A stretch of 64,000 nucleotides of DNA from Oceanispirochaeta sp. (GTDB lineage: Bacteria; Spirochaetota; Spirochaetia; DSM-2461). The stretch is taken from positions 1,809,024 through 1,873,023 of the forward strand of contig CAXXXD010000002.1 of NCBI GenBank assembly GCA_963663385.2. The letters are read 5' to 3'. A program made the translations under genes and the position numbers. The notes under the pieces were generated by a model, which searched no databases, had not been told where the DNA came from, and worked only from the letters and a program-made list of their open reading frames with translations. Of this stretch, positions 19,940-31,010 are shown piece by piece (positions within the stretch are counted from its first letter, which is position 1; each line of letters opens with the position of its first letter).

Positions 19940-21019
19940 ATGACAAATTCACTGATTATCGTTCATATTCTTATTCTGCTTCTGGTTATAACCATATTTT
20001 CTTTTCTGATTATCAGGAATTCAAGGAGCTGTAAAAGCTGCCGGAAACTGAAAGAGGAATTCAGGATACTGGAACGTAAAAACCTGGAGCTTAATAACCT
20101 TTCCATGACAGACACTCTTACTGGATTGATGAACCGGCGGGCAATCGAGCCTATAATTCACAATGAGATAAATAGAACAAACCGATATAACTCCCCCGTC
20201 AGTCTCCTGATTCTGGATCTGGATCATTTTAAACAGGTTAATGACAATTACGGACATGATTTCGGTGATAAAGTACTGACACATGTAGCACAAACGATAA
20301 AAGGAATCTGTCGTAAAACCGACAGTATTTCCCGATGGGGCGGGGAGGAGTTCCTCGTCCTTGCCCCTGATACCACAGCAGCCAATGCATTTTACCTCTC
20401 TGAAAAAATACGACGGCAGATTGAAAGTTCCCATGTGGATACCCTTGATGATCTGACGGTGAGTATAGGTGCCAGTTCCCATCATAAAGGAGAGAGTTTT
20501 CAGGACTGGTTTAACAGAACCGATACGGCTCTGTATTATGCCAAGGATGAAGGGCGAAACCGGGTTATCATACACCCCGATGACAATGTGGTAGAGAAGA
20601 GCAGGGGGATGATCCAGAGTATTCTGCGTCTGGAGTGGAAGAACCGCTACTCTTCCGGTATCGATCTGATTGATGAACAGCATCAGGAGATGTTCCATTA
20701 TGCCAATCTATTAATCGATACGGTACTGAATAATGCCGGGAATGAAGCTGTACTGGAATCGCTTATGGTGATGCTGGCTGTTATTAAGGAACATTTCAAA
20801 AACGAAGAAGCCACCCTTCTGGAATACAGCTTTCCCCAATTGAAGGATCATGCGCAGGGGCACAGGAAACTGATTCTCCGTATGAATGATCTTATTCTGC
20901 TCTTTCAGGAAGGGGATGTCGACTCAATCGAACTACTGCATTTTATAGCCCAGGAACTGATATTTTCGCATCTGCTAAATGAGGATAAGGGCTATTTTTT
21001 CATAAATAAAAGGAAATAA
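19940..21019 (+). CDS. Diguanylate cyclase with C-terminal bacteriohemerythrin domain
   Basis: N-terminal TM; DxLTGLxNRR, RKTD, GGEEF; then IDEQH, HFKNEE, HAQGH, HLLNED. Confidence 0.88.
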   Translation: MTNSLIIVHILILLLVITIFSFLIIRNSRSCKSCRKLKEEFRILERKNLELNNLSMTDTLTGLMNRRAIEPIIHNEINRTNRYNSPVSLLILDLDHFKQVNDNYGHDFGDKVLTHVAQTIKGICRKTDSISRWGGEEFLVLAPDTTAANAFYLSEKIRRQIESSHVDTLDDLTVSIGASSHHKGESFQDWFNRTDTALYYAKDEGRNRVIIHPDDNVVEKSRGMIQSILRLEWKNRYSSGIDLIDEQHQEMFHYANLLIDTVLNNAGNEAVLESLMVMLAVIKEHFKNEEATLLEYSFPQLKDHAQGHRKLILRMNDLILLFQEGDVDSIELLHFIAQELIFSHLLNEDKGYFFINKRK

Positions 21020-21244
21020 TTTCTGTACAATTTTTCATCTGCTATATAAACGGAACCTGTCTCCCGGTGAGAATGTCCCTTCCTGAATCATACAGCTGAT
21101 CTGCCCAATCACATAATCGGCCGGATCCAGCTGTTCTGAAATTGATGGCATCAAAAAAAATCCTTAATATATGGCTAATTTAAGGATTATATTTTAACCT
21201 GAAAGAGGGAAAATATATAGATACGTTTTTAGGAGCATAAGAAA

Positions 21245-22144
21245 GTGAACCCCTGGCCGGAACTCGAACAGTACTCATCCCGCATTTTTCTGGAAAAATC
21301 CGGTCTGAATGTTTTCTGTTTTGATACGGGAGGACCCGATCGGAATTCTCCTGTCTGCATTCTCCTTCACGGGTTGGGTGACGAAGCTGATACCTGGCGT
21401 CATATCATTGCGCCCTTATCCCGCCGGTACAGGATTATTGCTCCGGATCTGCCCGGTTTCGGGCGGAGCGATAAACCGCGAAGGTCCTATTCAATTCCTT
21501 TTTTATGTGAATGTATCATCGAATTGATGGATATGAAAAAAAAGGAGCATTACCTGCTTATTGGAAGCTCTCTGGGGGGGATGATCAGTCAGTATATTGC
21601 CCTGCAGGTTCCGGATAGGGTAAACGGGCTGATTCTGGCAGACGGAGTGCTTCTGAGTCAACCGGAAAAAGCGGATCTTTTTACCCGTCTGTTCTTTACA
21701 CCCCTCCTGGGGGAAATACTCTATTCCTCCCTTGCGTTACAGCCTGAAAAAGCCTTTCGATCCCTTCGTCCCTACTATGCCGACCTGGACGGTCTGCCCG
21801 AAGCAGACAAAAACTTTTTATATGAAAGAGTGAACAGACGAGTAACCGACAGGAGGCAGAGACATGCTTATTTCTCACTGCTTCGCAGTCTGGAAAAATG
21901 GCTGAGCAGCAGACAGGACGAATTCCGTACACAACTGAAAGCCTGTGAGGTTCCCACCTTGCTGATCTGGGGAGAGAATGATCATATCAGCCCCCGAAAG
22001 AACGGGGAGGAGCAGTTGAAGCTTCAGCCCTTTTCCTGCATGAAAACAATAGAAAAGGCGGGGCACCTGCCCCATCAGGAACAGCCGGAAACTTTTCTTA
22101 ATCTTGTGGAAGATTGGCTGGAAGAAAAAGATGATACATTCTGA
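21245..22144 (+). CDS. Alpha/beta-fold hydrolase
   Basis: LLHG, DLPGFGRS, GSSLGG nucleophile, WGEND, GHLPH. Confidence 0.9.
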   Translation: MNPWPELEQYSSRIFLEKSGLNVFCFDTGGPDRNSPVCILLHGLGDEADTWRHIIAPLSRRYRIIAPDLPGFGRSDKPRRSYSIPFLCECIIELMDMKKKEHYLLIGSSLGGMISQYIALQVPDRVNGLILADGVLLSQPEKADLFTRLFFTPLLGEILYSSLALQPEKAFRSLRPYYADLDGLPEADKNFLYERVNRRVTDRRQRHAYFSLLRSLEKWLSSRQDEFRTQLKACEVPTLLIWGENDHISPRKNGEEQLKLQPFSCMKTIEKAGHLPHQEQPETFLNLVEDWLEEKDDTF

Positions 22145-22249
22145 TGTTTTTTGAATGGTGAATTACGTTTTAGGGAATAATAGAAATTATTTTATGAAAA
22201 TAACTGAACAAACAGTTAAAATATTCAGATTCCCGTATTAAAAATAATA

Positions 22250-22942
22250 ATGGAGAATAATGTGGAAAACTATCAAAGCAAATGCGCTCGTATCGCAGAC
22301 GCCCTCGGGACAGTAAAGGTTGTGCCTGTACTGGCCATAGATAAAGTGGAAGATGGTATCAGAATGTGCGAAATCCTCAACAGTTGCGGATTAAAGGCTG
22401 CTGAAATCACTTTCAGAACAAAGGCCGCCGAAGGAATTATAAAAGAAGCGGCCAGGCAGTTTCCGGAACTCCTGCTGGGTGCCGGGACTGTATTGAATCG
22501 GGAGGATCTTCACAGGGCTTTTAATGCCGGGGCTTCTTTTGCGGTAGCTCCCGGATTCAACCCGGCTGTGGCAGGAGAGGCGGTCATGTCGGGATATCCT
22601 TTTTTCCCCGGCTTCTGTACTCCCTCCGAGCTGGAGCAGATTGTTCAATTCGGTATAAATATGCTGAAGTTCTTCCCCGCCGAGGCAATGGGCGGGACCA
22701 GAATGCTGAAAAACATCATTGCACCCTATAAACATCTGGGAATCCGTATTATGCCGACAGGCGGCGTGAATCCCGATAATCTGATCGACTACCTTTCCCT
22801 TCCGCAAATTCCCTGTGCCGGCGGAACCTGGCTCGGAAAAGCCGAAGATATAAACGCAGGAAACTGGGAAAAAATAACCTGTCTGGTTAAAGATGCGGTA
22901 AAGCTGGCAGCGAGCTGTCAGGAGAGGACTCCGAATGTCTGA
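22250..22942 (+). CDS. eda: KDPG/KHG aldolase
   Basis: EITFRT, GAGTV, TPSE, KFFPA, MPTGGV. Confidence 0.92.
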   Translation: MENNVENYQSKCARIADALGTVKVVPVLAIDKVEDGIRMCEILNSCGLKAAEITFRTKAAEGIIKEAARQFPELLLGAGTVLNREDLHRAFNAGASFAVAPGFNPAVAGEAVMSGYPFFPGFCTPSELEQIVQFGINMLKFFPAEAMGGTRMLKNIIAPYKHLGIRIMPTGGVNPDNLIDYLSLPQIPCAGGTWLGKAEDINAGNWEKITCLVKDAVKLAASCQERTPNV

Positions 22943-24032
22943 ACTGAAAATTAAACAGGAAGAGGAATGCCTTTTCGATATACTTTCACTGGGTGAAATT
23001 ATGCTTCGTCTGGATCCGGGAGAAGGACGGATTCATACAGCGCGTCAGTTCCGTGTCTGGGAGGGCGGCGGAGAGTACAATGTCGCCCGTGGCCTAAGGC
23101 GCTGTTTTGGTATGAGAGCCGCTGCCGTAACCGCCCTGGCGGATAATCCGGTGGGCCGTCTGGTCGAAGATCTGATTCTGCAGGGCGGTGTGGATCCCTC
23201 TTATATCAGATGGATGAAATACGACGGGTGCGGACGGGAAACCAGAAACGGCCTCAATTTTACAGAGAGGGGATTTGGAATACGCGGAGCCGTCGGCTGT
23301 TCAGACCGGGGGCATACGGCAGTATCCCAGCTGAAGGAAGGGGATATTGACTGGGAAGGCATTTTTTCCCGGGGGATAAGGTGGTTTCATACGGGAGGAA
23401 TCTTTGCCGCCCTCTCCGAAACTACTCCCGGCGTTGTAATCGAAGCCATGAAAGCGGCAAGGAAGCATGGAACCGTTATTTCCTACGATCTGAATTACAG
23501 ACCCTCCCTCTGGAAAGCCATAGGAGGCGAGGCAAAAGCTCAGGAAGTCAACCGGGAAATCGCCCGGTATGTTGATGTTATGATCGGGAATGAAGAGGAT
23601 TTTACAGCCTGTCTGGGGTTGAGGGTTGAAGGAACAGATGAGAATCTGACAGATCTGGACAGCGAGAAATTTAAAAACATGATAAATAAGGCTGTTGTCG
23701 AATTTCCCAATTTCAAAGCAGCCGCTACAACTCTCCGGGGAGTGAAAACAGCTACTGTAAATGACTGGGGCGCTATCGCCTGGTATAACGGGAACATTGC
23801 TGAAGCTGTAAACAGACCTGACCTTGAAATACTGGATAGAGTCGGAGGGGGGGATAGCTTTGCTTCCGGTCTGATTTACGGATTTATGAAATTCAACGAT
23901 GCAGAGAGGGCCGTCAACTACGGGGCGGCTCATGGCGCACTGGCAATGACGACACCCGGGGATACAACTATGGCAACTCTGGCAGAAGTGGAGAAAATCA
24001 TAGGCGGCGGAGGAGCTCGGGTGGACCGTTAA
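22935..24032 (+). CDS. kdgK: 2-keto-3-deoxygluconate kinase (PfkB family)
   Basis: GEIMLRL, GGGEYNVA, DLNYR, DRVGGGDSF; overlaps eda. Confidence 0.85.
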   Translation: MSELKIKQEEECLFDILSLGEIMLRLDPGEGRIHTARQFRVWEGGGEYNVARGLRRCFGMRAAAVTALADNPVGRLVEDLILQGGVDPSYIRWMKYDGCGRETRNGLNFTERGFGIRGAVGCSDRGHTAVSQLKEGDIDWEGIFSRGIRWFHTGGIFAALSETTPGVVIEAMKAARKHGTVISYDLNYRPSLWKAIGGEAKAQEVNREIARYVDVMIGNEEDFTACLGLRVEGTDENLTDLDSEKFKNMINKAVVEFPNFKAAATTLRGVKTATVNDWGAIAWYNGNIAEAVNRPDLEILDRVGGGDSFASGLIYGFMKFNDAERAVNYGAAHGALAMTTPGDTTMATLAEVEKIIGGGGARVDR

Positions 24033-24060
24033 ATCAGAATGATGAAGAGGACAAATTTTA

Positions 24061-25176
24061 ATGAATAGCGAAAAAAGACGTAAGATCCTTTTTATCCGGT
24101 ATGGGATCTATATAATGACTCCCATATCCCTGTTTTTCCTCTTTTATGAACTGTTATCAGGAAGTGGTCTTTATTCACTGGTAAGATTATTCGCACCTGT
24201 TGCCCTGACTTTAATATATATTTTATTAATCAGAACAAATTGGGATAAAAGTATTTTCAGGATTTATCTGTCAATTATAACGGTAATGATAATTGTATCT
24301 CTGTTAAAAAAGCCTGTAGTTGGAGTTTTCTGGGTATTCATGATACCGCTCCTCTATACTTTTTTTCTGGGATTCAGGGAAGGAGCCATATGGTTCTCCT
24401 TTTTATCTCTGGCAACCGGATTAATAATTTTCAATATTACAGGGAATTTCCAGTCACCCTTTATTGGGGATTTCAGAATCGTTTTTTATATGAGTTACCT
24501 TGTTTCCGGATTTATCATACTGGGATTTGAAGCATCAAGGGCTCAGGTTCTGAAATCATTGAAAGAATCGGAAGATTTAAGAAAAGACCTGTTTGAATTG
24601 GCGGGAGATTCCATTATGGTTATTGATCTTGCCACAAACACGATTATTGATTGTAATATCAATGCATACAAGCGACTGGGATATACAAAAGACGAGTTTT
24701 TAAAGCTTTCCATTACGGATTTTGATGATTCCCTGCCTATGATCAGGAATAAAATGGATAAGCTCCTGATGCAAAGTGATATAGTCTATCAGGAATCTGT
24801 ACATAAAAGAAAAGACGGCAGCTTTCTACCCGTCGAAACAGGTGCAAAAATCCTGTACAGGGAAGGAAAATCGATTCTTTTGGCATTTGTCAGGGATATT
24901 TCCGAACGTAAGAAAATTGAAGACGAAAAAGAGGAATATGTCGAGAAGCTGCAGAAAGCCTTTGATGAGATTAAGGTTCTGCAGGGTATAATTCCAATCT
25001 GTTCCTACTGCAAAAAAATCAGGGACGATAACGGGTACTGGAATCAGGTGGAGCAGTATATTTCAGAGCATACTGATGTAATGTTTACCCATGGTATCTG
25101 CCCGGATTGTCGCAAAAAACATTTCCCCGAGATGGAAGTGGCTGACAAATCTTTTTCCCCTGTTAAAAAAGGTTAA
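24061..25176 (+). CDS. Multi-TM protein with PAS domain and C-terminal Cys-rich module
   Basis: About 5 TM segments; PAS/PAC (HKRKDGS...RDISERK); IPICSYCKKIRDD...HGICPDC. Confidence 0.8.
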   Translation: MNSEKRRKILFIRYGIYIMTPISLFFLFYELLSGSGLYSLVRLFAPVALTLIYILLIRTNWDKSIFRIYLSIITVMIIVSLLKKPVVGVFWVFMIPLLYTFFLGFREGAIWFSFLSLATGLIIFNITGNFQSPFIGDFRIVFYMSYLVSGFIILGFEASRAQVLKSLKESEDLRKDLFELAGDSIMVIDLATNTIIDCNINAYKRLGYTKDEFLKLSITDFDDSLPMIRNKMDKLLMQSDIVYQESVHKRKDGSFLPVETGAKILYREGKSILLAFVRDISERKKIEDEKEEYVEKLQKAFDEIKVLQGIIPICSYCKKIRDDNGYWNQVEQYISEHTDVMFTHGICPDCRKKHFPEMEVADKSFSPVKKG

Positions 25177-25257
25177 AACCCGGGAACTGTTGATATAGGT
25201 TTGTCCCCCCCCCTCCATGCGAATTTGTTCCGGGATGGGGGAGACTAAGGAACTATA

Positions 25258-27378
25258 TCAGAGATTAAACAGCAGGTCTTCATAGGACGGGTAAGGCCAG
25301 CACTGTTTATCCGTCAGTTTTTCCAGCATATCCGCACAGATCCTCAGTTCCTGCATGGCAGGAATAACTTTTTCCTTGTAGGATTCAGCCTGGGCGGGCA
25401 GGTTTTCTTCCAGGGCCAGGCTGTTCTGAATTTCCCGTTCAAGCAGGGTGGCTGCCTTAGCCAGTCCTTCCATGTCGCTATAGAGGGCTTTAAGCAGTTT
25501 TTCCTGTTCCATCATTGTTTCATCACCCGCAAAATGACGGGCTTCTTTCAGAAAGCTCTGCAGTTCAGAGGCATAACGGAAAACAGAAGGATAGATAAGG
25601 CGGCGGGCCATTTCCACAGCAACACCTGCTTCAATATTAATCTCTTTGCTGTAGTTTTCCAGATAAATGGCATAACGGGATTCCAGTTCGTTCCGGTTAA
25701 AGACTTTATGTTTCTCAAACAGGGCGATATTTTCTTCCTTGATCAGTTCTTTCAGAGCCTCAACGGTTGACTTCAGGTTGGGCAGACCTCTTTTTCCCGC
25801 TTCCTTTACCCATTCAGCAGAATACCCGTTTCCATTGAAGATAACCCTTTTGTGATTTGTATAGAACTCCCGGATGATCCGGCCGATCTCTTTATCCACA
25901 TCATTTGATTTTTCAAGTCTCTCTCCGATTTCAGTAAGAACTTCGGCTACTGCCGTATTAATAACAACATTGGGACCGGCAATAGACTGAGATGAGCCTA
26001 CCATGCGGAATTCAAACTTGTTCTCTGTAAAGGCAAAAGGGGAGGTGCGGTTTCTATCCGCCACATCCAGGGGCAGTTTCGGCAGTGTCGTGACCCCTAT
26101 TTCCAGCCTGCCGCCTTCCCGTGCTTTTACTTCCTGATTATTGGAAAGCCTATCCAGTATTTCTGTTATCTGTTCCCCCAGATACATGGAAATAATGGCG
26201 GGAGGGGCTTCATTTGCTCCCAGGCGGTGATCATTTCCGGTATTGGCTGCAGACATTCTGATAAGGGGCGCATAACAGTCGACCGCCTTGATAACTGCCG
26301 AAAGGAAAAGCAGAAAGCGGGCGTTTTCATGAGGTGTTTCTCCCGGTTTTAAAAGGCTGCCTTTCCGGTTGTCTATGGACCAGTTATTATGCTTGCCGCT
26401 CCCGTTAACGCCGGCGAAGGGTTTCTCATGGAGGAGGCAGACCATGTTGTGACGGTCTGCCACTTTTTTCATCATCTCCATAACCAGCTGGTTCCGGTCT
26501 GTGGCCACATTGACCTCCGAATAGATGGTTGCCAGTTCAAACTGGTTGGGAGCAACTTCATTATGCTGGGTTTTCGCTGAGATCCCCAGACGCCATAATT
26601 CCGTATTCAGGTCTTTCATAAAGTGGGCGACCCGGTCCTTTATGGCGCCGAAGTAGTGGTCGTCCAGTTCCTGTCCCTTTGCGGACATGGTTCCGAAAAT
26701 GGTCCGCCCGGTAAGCCGCAAATCCGGTCTCTTCTGATAGTACTCCTTGTCAATAAGGAAGTATTCCTGTTCAGGCCCGACCGAGACAGTTACTTTTTCA
26801 TCTTCGCCGTCTCCCATCAGGTTAAGGACTTTTTCAGCGGCTCCTTTTACAGCTTGCATACTCCTGAGAAGGGGTGTTTTCTTATCCAGGGCTTCACCCG
26901 TATAGGAAACAAATGCTGTAGGAATAGTCAGGGTTAACCCGCTTCTATCCTGTTTCAGAAAAGCGGGAGATGTCGTATCCCATGCGGTATACCCTCTGGC
27001 CTCAAAGGTGGAGCGGAGCCCGCCGCTGGGAAAGGAGGAGGCATCGGGTTCTCCCTTTATAAGCTCCTTCCCGGAAAATTCCATCAGCACGGTCCCGTCA
27101 GGGGCAGGGGAGATAAAAGAGTCGTGTTTTTCGGCTGTCAGACCCGTTAGCGGCTGAAACCAGTGAGTATAATGGGTTGCCCCTTTTTCAATGGCCCAAT
27201 CCTTCATTGCTCCGGCTATTACTTCCGCCACATCCCGTGAAAGTTCCTTTTCTCCGGCCTGGACATCTTTGAAATCGTTAAAGATCATTTTGGGGAGCCT
27301 CTGTTTCATCAGGGATTCGCTGAAACAGTATTCCCCGTAAATGTCTTCCAGTGCTATTTCTGAAAAATTGATACTCAT
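25258..27378 (-). CDS. glnN: Glutamine synthetase type III
   Basis: [54 protein letters not shown]; 706 aa. Confidence 0.93.
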   Translation of the reverse strand: MSINFSEIALEDIYGEYCFSESLMKQRLPKMIFNDFKDVQAGEKELSRDVAEVIAGAMKDWAIEKGATHYTHWFQPLTGLTAEKHDSFISPAPDGTVLMEFSGKELIKGEPDASSFPSGGLRSTFEARGYTAWDTTSPAFLKQDRSGLTLTIPTAFVSYTGEALDKKTPLLRSMQAVKGAAEKVLNLMGDGEDEKVTVSVGPEQEYFLIDKEYYQKRPDLRLTGRTIFGTMSAKGQELDDHYFGAIKDRVAHFMKDLNTELWRLGISAKTQHNEVAPNQFELATIYSEVNVATDRNQLVMEMMKKVADRHNMVCLLHEKPFAGVNGSGKHNNWSIDNRKGSLLKPGETPHENARFLLFLSAVIKAVDCYAPLIRMSAANTGNDHRLGANEAPPAIISMYLGEQITEILDRLSNNQEVKAREGGRLEIGVTTLPKLPLDVADRNRTSPFAFTENKFEFRMVGSSQSIAGPNVVINTAVAEVLTEIGERLEKSNDVDKEIGRIIREFYTNHKRVIFNGNGYSAEWVKEAGKRGLPNLKSTVEALKELIKEENIALFEKHKVFNRNELESRYAIYLENYSKEINIEAGVAVEMARRLIYPSVFRYASELQSFLKEARHFAGDETMMEQEKLLKALYSDMEGLAKAATLLEREIQNSLALEENLPAQAESYKEKVIPAMQELRICADMLEKLTDKQCWPYPSYEDLLFNL

Positions 27379-27660
27379 AATACGCCTCTTTGTAATATTT
27401 GTGTAGTATATTTATACGTTTATATTGTATGTTTATACTGGTAAAATAAAAAGAGAAAAATAGAATTTTTAAATAAAAAAGAGAATTTCAAACGCTTTAG
27501 ACCAGGATCTGATAATTCATGACAAGGAGTCTTGCCAGGCTGACTCCATTTGCATATACGGACTGATTCAGTCCGTTTTAATTTATATCATATATAGTTT
27601 TATTTTTTCTCCTATTGACATATTATTATTTCCCAACTCCTGTGAGATGTTTGAAATACG

Positions 27661-28443
27661 TTATAAAAGAGAACAGCTTAAGGAGCATTTTTTTTCAACG
27701 GTCTGCTGAATGTGCTTTTCAATTCTAATCCGATCATGCCCTTCGGGGAGTTCGTCTATCAATTGATTAAGATACCCCCGATCTTTAATTTTCCGGAGAC
27801 TTTCTGTATAGTTAAGATCGAAAATCCATCCCAGCTGAAGAAGGATCAACTCCTCCCGGCTTCTTAGGTGCGTATTATCCGATTGGATTCCCTTGAGCAG
27901 ATTATCTACAAGAAGAGGTATATGAGGAGATCGCCCAATACTCTCCTTTTTTCCAAATCCATCGAAAGAAACATTGAATTGAGTAACAACCCGATATATA
28001 TCAATTTTATCGGCATCCCTTATAAGACGGCAGTGTTGCAGTTCTCTTCCAGTTAATCCTTCCGGAATCGATTTTTTATTGTGAAAACGAATAGCCGAAA
28101 GAAGGATTCGACGGTCCTCCCCGATAAGCTGAGGGAGTGGATTAAGTTTTTCAAAAAGCTCTACACCCCAATCTCCATGATCCCTGGAATCCCTGTCTTT
28201 AAAAGTCTGATACTGAGAGAACTGTTCAAAACGAGCCAGATCATGAAACCGGGCAATAAGACCGGCTAAACAAACGTCGTCTTCCGTCCATTTCAGAGCT
28301 CTTGCCAAAGAAATAGCTTCAAGAACGACATTTTCAGTATGCTCCTCCTTTAAATCAATATTCTTACTTATATAGGTATTCTCTGTTTTAAACCCGTTAA
28401 TATAATCTGCTGACCAGCTGGAAGCCTGACATAGAAGATCCAT
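27661..28443 (-). CDS. HD-domain phosphohydrolase
   Basis: KEEH, FHDLARFEQF, DHG, HN, RDADKID. Confidence 0.85.
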   Translation of the reverse strand: MDLLCQASSWSADYINGFKTENTYISKNIDLKEEHTENVVLEAISLARALKWTEDDVCLAGLIARFHDLARFEQFSQYQTFKDRDSRDHGDWGVELFEKLNPLPQLIGEDRRILLSAIRFHNKKSIPEGLTGRELQHCRLIRDADKIDIYRVVTQFNVSFDGFGKKESIGRSPHIPLLVDNLLKGIQSDNTHLRSREELILLQLGWIFDLNYTESLRKIKDRGYLNQLIDELPEGHDRIRIEKHIQQTVEKKCSLSCSLL

Positions 28444-28642
28444 TTTTCTTCCTTATTATTAATTTTGTATCGTTATCTATTGTCTGATACCTCTATTATA
28501 TACTGATAGCCGTTTTACAGAACATCCTCTAACTATTTTTCATGATGAATTCGTCTGGAAAAGGAAGGTTCATTAAACAGGCAGCAACATCTTTAAGGAT
28601 CAATCTTGCCATAAACGGGTACTATCGAGTATTCTTCGAATT

Positions 28643-29311
28643 ATGGAAATGCCTAAACGAAGGGTCATATCGACTATAAAAGATCAGGTTTACGAAGTTA
28701 TAAAAGAAAACATTCTTAATGAGCATTTTAAACCGGGCCAGCGTATTCAGGAGCTGGAAATAGCCAAACAGCTTCAGGTAAGCCGTTCTCCCGTTCGAAG
28801 CGCTATCAATGAGCTTATCGGAGAGGGGCTGCTGGAAAGCATACCGAATAAAAGCGTCAGGGTTCGAAAACTCAGTCAGAAAGAGATTGTGGATACCTTC
28901 GAGTTTCGGTTGATTATCGAAAAATATGCCGTAAAGAAAGTGGCAGCGATCATGAATGATGAACTTTCCGGAAAGCTGGCAGCATACAGGAAACGGTTTG
29001 AATCGTTTAAGGCCGGAGGTACTTTAAAGGAATATGTCGTGCTTGATTCGAAGTTCCATGAATTCCTTGTTTCGTCCGCAGATAACGCAGTCATTCTGGA
29101 ATCCCTGCAGAAAGTAGCCATGCTGATAATGCCTTTCCGTATTATTTCCCTTAACAGCGACAACCGCTTCAAGGAATCCATCGATGAGCATGAGAAAGTT
29201 ATCGATGCTCTTATGGCCGGAGACGGCGATAAGGCCTGGGAAGTCTGCCGGACTCATCTGATTCTGGCAAAAGAGGAGATTGTCAAATCTCTCGAGGACA
29301 TGGGTGAATAG
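28643..29311 (+). CDS. GntR-family (FCD) transcriptional regulator
   Basis: wHTH VSRSPVRSA; FCD motifs FHEFL and EHEKV. Confidence 0.92.
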   Translation: MEMPKRRVISTIKDQVYEVIKENILNEHFKPGQRIQELEIAKQLQVSRSPVRSAINELIGEGLLESIPNKSVRVRKLSQKEIVDTFEFRLIIEKYAVKKVAAIMNDELSGKLAAYRKRFESFKAGGTLKEYVVLDSKFHEFLVSSADNAVILESLQKVAMLIMPFRIISLNSDNRFKESIDEHEKVIDALMAGDGDKAWEVCRTHLILAKEEIVKSLEDMGE

Positions 29312-29330
29312 GGGATTCGAAAGAATTTCA

Positions 29331-29373
29331 TTGACAGCTTTTTTTTGCGGTTGTATCATGTATACATGATACA
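29331..29373 (+). promoter_or_regulatory. Sigma70 promoter with perfect 22-bp palindromic operator
   Basis: TTGACA (29331) - 17 nt - TATCAT; tgtatcatgtatacatgataca at 29352-29373. Confidence 0.8.
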
Positions 29374-29412
29374 TAATACATTATGCAGAGATAAAGCCGG
29401 GGAGACAGAATC

Positions 29413-30690
29413 GTGAAAACTCCCCTTTCCTTACCCTACGACAAGGGTGATATTGAAGTTGAAATTGATTCGGAGATCCTGAGGGGGGTTCTGGCTCCCG
29501 GCGAATCCGGTATGGAAGTGGAGCCGGATCAGAAGAAAATTATTCTGGATGCTCTTGAGCATCCGGTCGGTTCGCTCCGTCTTTCCGAACTGGCGGAGGG
29601 AAAAGATAAAATTGTTCTTATAACGAGTGATCACACCCGGGCTGTTCCGTCAGCGCTGACTCTTCCTCTGCTTCTGGAAGAAATCCGGAAGGGGAATCCG
29701 CGGGCGGATATCACAATTGTAGTGGCGACCGGGCTCCACCGGGGTATGACTCCGGAAGAAATGGAAGGCAAATTCGGTGCTTCCGTAGTAGAGAATGAGA
29801 AGATCATAAACCATTATGCCTATGATCCGAAGCTGTTCACAAATCTGGGCGTTCTGCCTTCGGGCAGCAAATGCGAAATAAATACAATCGCTGCAGAGGC
29901 GGATCTTCTTGTCTCGGAAGGATTTATCGAACCGCACTTTTTTGCCGGTTTTTCCGGGGGGAGAAAAAGTGTTCTTCCCGGAATCGCTTCCCAGGACTGC
30001 GTGAATATCAACCACAGTGCTCCCGCAATCGCCCATCCGAAAGCCGCTACAGGCGTTCTGGATGGAAATCCTGTTCATGAGGATATGATCAGAGCGGCCC
30101 GACTGGCAAAACTGGCGTTTATTTTCAATGTGCTTCTGGATGAGGAAAAGCGGGTTATCGCTGCCTACTGCGGGGATGCGGATAAGGCCCACAGGGCCGG
30201 ATGCAAAAAACTGCTGAGTCTTTGCGGAGTCGATCCGGTTCCCGCCCCTATCGTCATTACTTCCAATGGGGGGTATCCGCTGGATCAGAATCTTTATCAG
30301 TGCCCTAAAGGGCTGGATGCTGCCCTGGCCTGTGTGGAAGAGGGGGGTGTTATCATCCTTGTCGCCGCCTGTGCGGACGGGCTGGGAGGAGAGAATTTCG
30401 GACAAATGATGCTGGAGGGGACTCCACGGGAACTTATGGACAGAATTATGGCCATCGAACCGGAGCAGACTATATCCGAACAATGGTGCGTTCAGCGTTT
30501 TGCCGACGCCCTGCTTAAGTACAAAATCATCCTTGTTACCAGCGGTCTCAACCGGGAGCTGGTGGAAAAGATGAATTTTATATATGCGGATACACTGGAA
30601 TCCGCTGTGAATCAGGCACGGTCTCTGAAAGGGGCCGATGCGGGTATTACGGTTATTCCAAACGGCGTATCAGTAATTATAAGGAGATAA
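29413..30690 (+). CDS. larA: Nickel-pincer-dependent lactate racemase family (2-hydroxyacid racemase/epimerase)
   Basis: SDHTR, ATGLHR, EPHFFAGFSGGRKS, GGYPLDQNLYQ. Confidence 0.88.
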   Translation: MKTPLSLPYDKGDIEVEIDSEILRGVLAPGESGMEVEPDQKKIILDALEHPVGSLRLSELAEGKDKIVLITSDHTRAVPSALTLPLLLEEIRKGNPRADITIVVATGLHRGMTPEEMEGKFGASVVENEKIINHYAYDPKLFTNLGVLPSGSKCEINTIAAEADLLVSEGFIEPHFFAGFSGGRKSVLPGIASQDCVNINHSAPAIAHPKAATGVLDGNPVHEDMIRAARLAKLAFIFNVLLDEEKRVIAAYCGDADKAHRAGCKKLLSLCGVDPVPAPIVITSNGGYPLDQNLYQCPKGLDAALACVEEGGVIILVAACADGLGGENFGQMMLEGTPRELMDRIMAIEPEQTISEQWCVQRFADALLKYKIILVTSGLNRELVEKMNFIYADTLESAVNQARSLKGADAGITVIPNGVSVIIRR

Positions 30691-30695
30691 AAGAG

Positions 30696-31010
30696 ATGGC
30701 GGAGAAAGTGAAGGCTATCAAAAACCATGACGATGATAATGTGGCTACCGTATTCGGCGATGTCGGAGAAGGGGTTATCGTTTCAGTTCTGGACAAAAAG
30801 GGCTCCATTGAAGAGTACAAAGCCAACAGCGCGATTCCTTATGGGCATAAAATCGCCCTTGTGCCTATTGCTGTGGGTGAACAGGTAACAAAATATGGAG
30901 AGGAAATCGGTATTGCCTCAGAAGAAATCAAAACAGGTGATTATGTCCATGTCCATAATATCGAGAGTATCAGAGGAAGAGGCGATTGGGATAAGGGAGA
31001 AAAAGAGTGA
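30696..31010 (+). CDS. UxaA-family dehydratase small (SAF) subunit
   Basis: DDNVA, IPYGHKIA, KYGEEIG, VHVHN. Confidence 0.88.
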   Translation: MAEKVKAIKNHDDDNVATVFGDVGEGVIVSVLDKKGSIEEYKANSAIPYGHKIALVPIAVGEQVTKYGEEIGIASEEIKTGDYVHVHNIESIRGRGDWDKGEKE

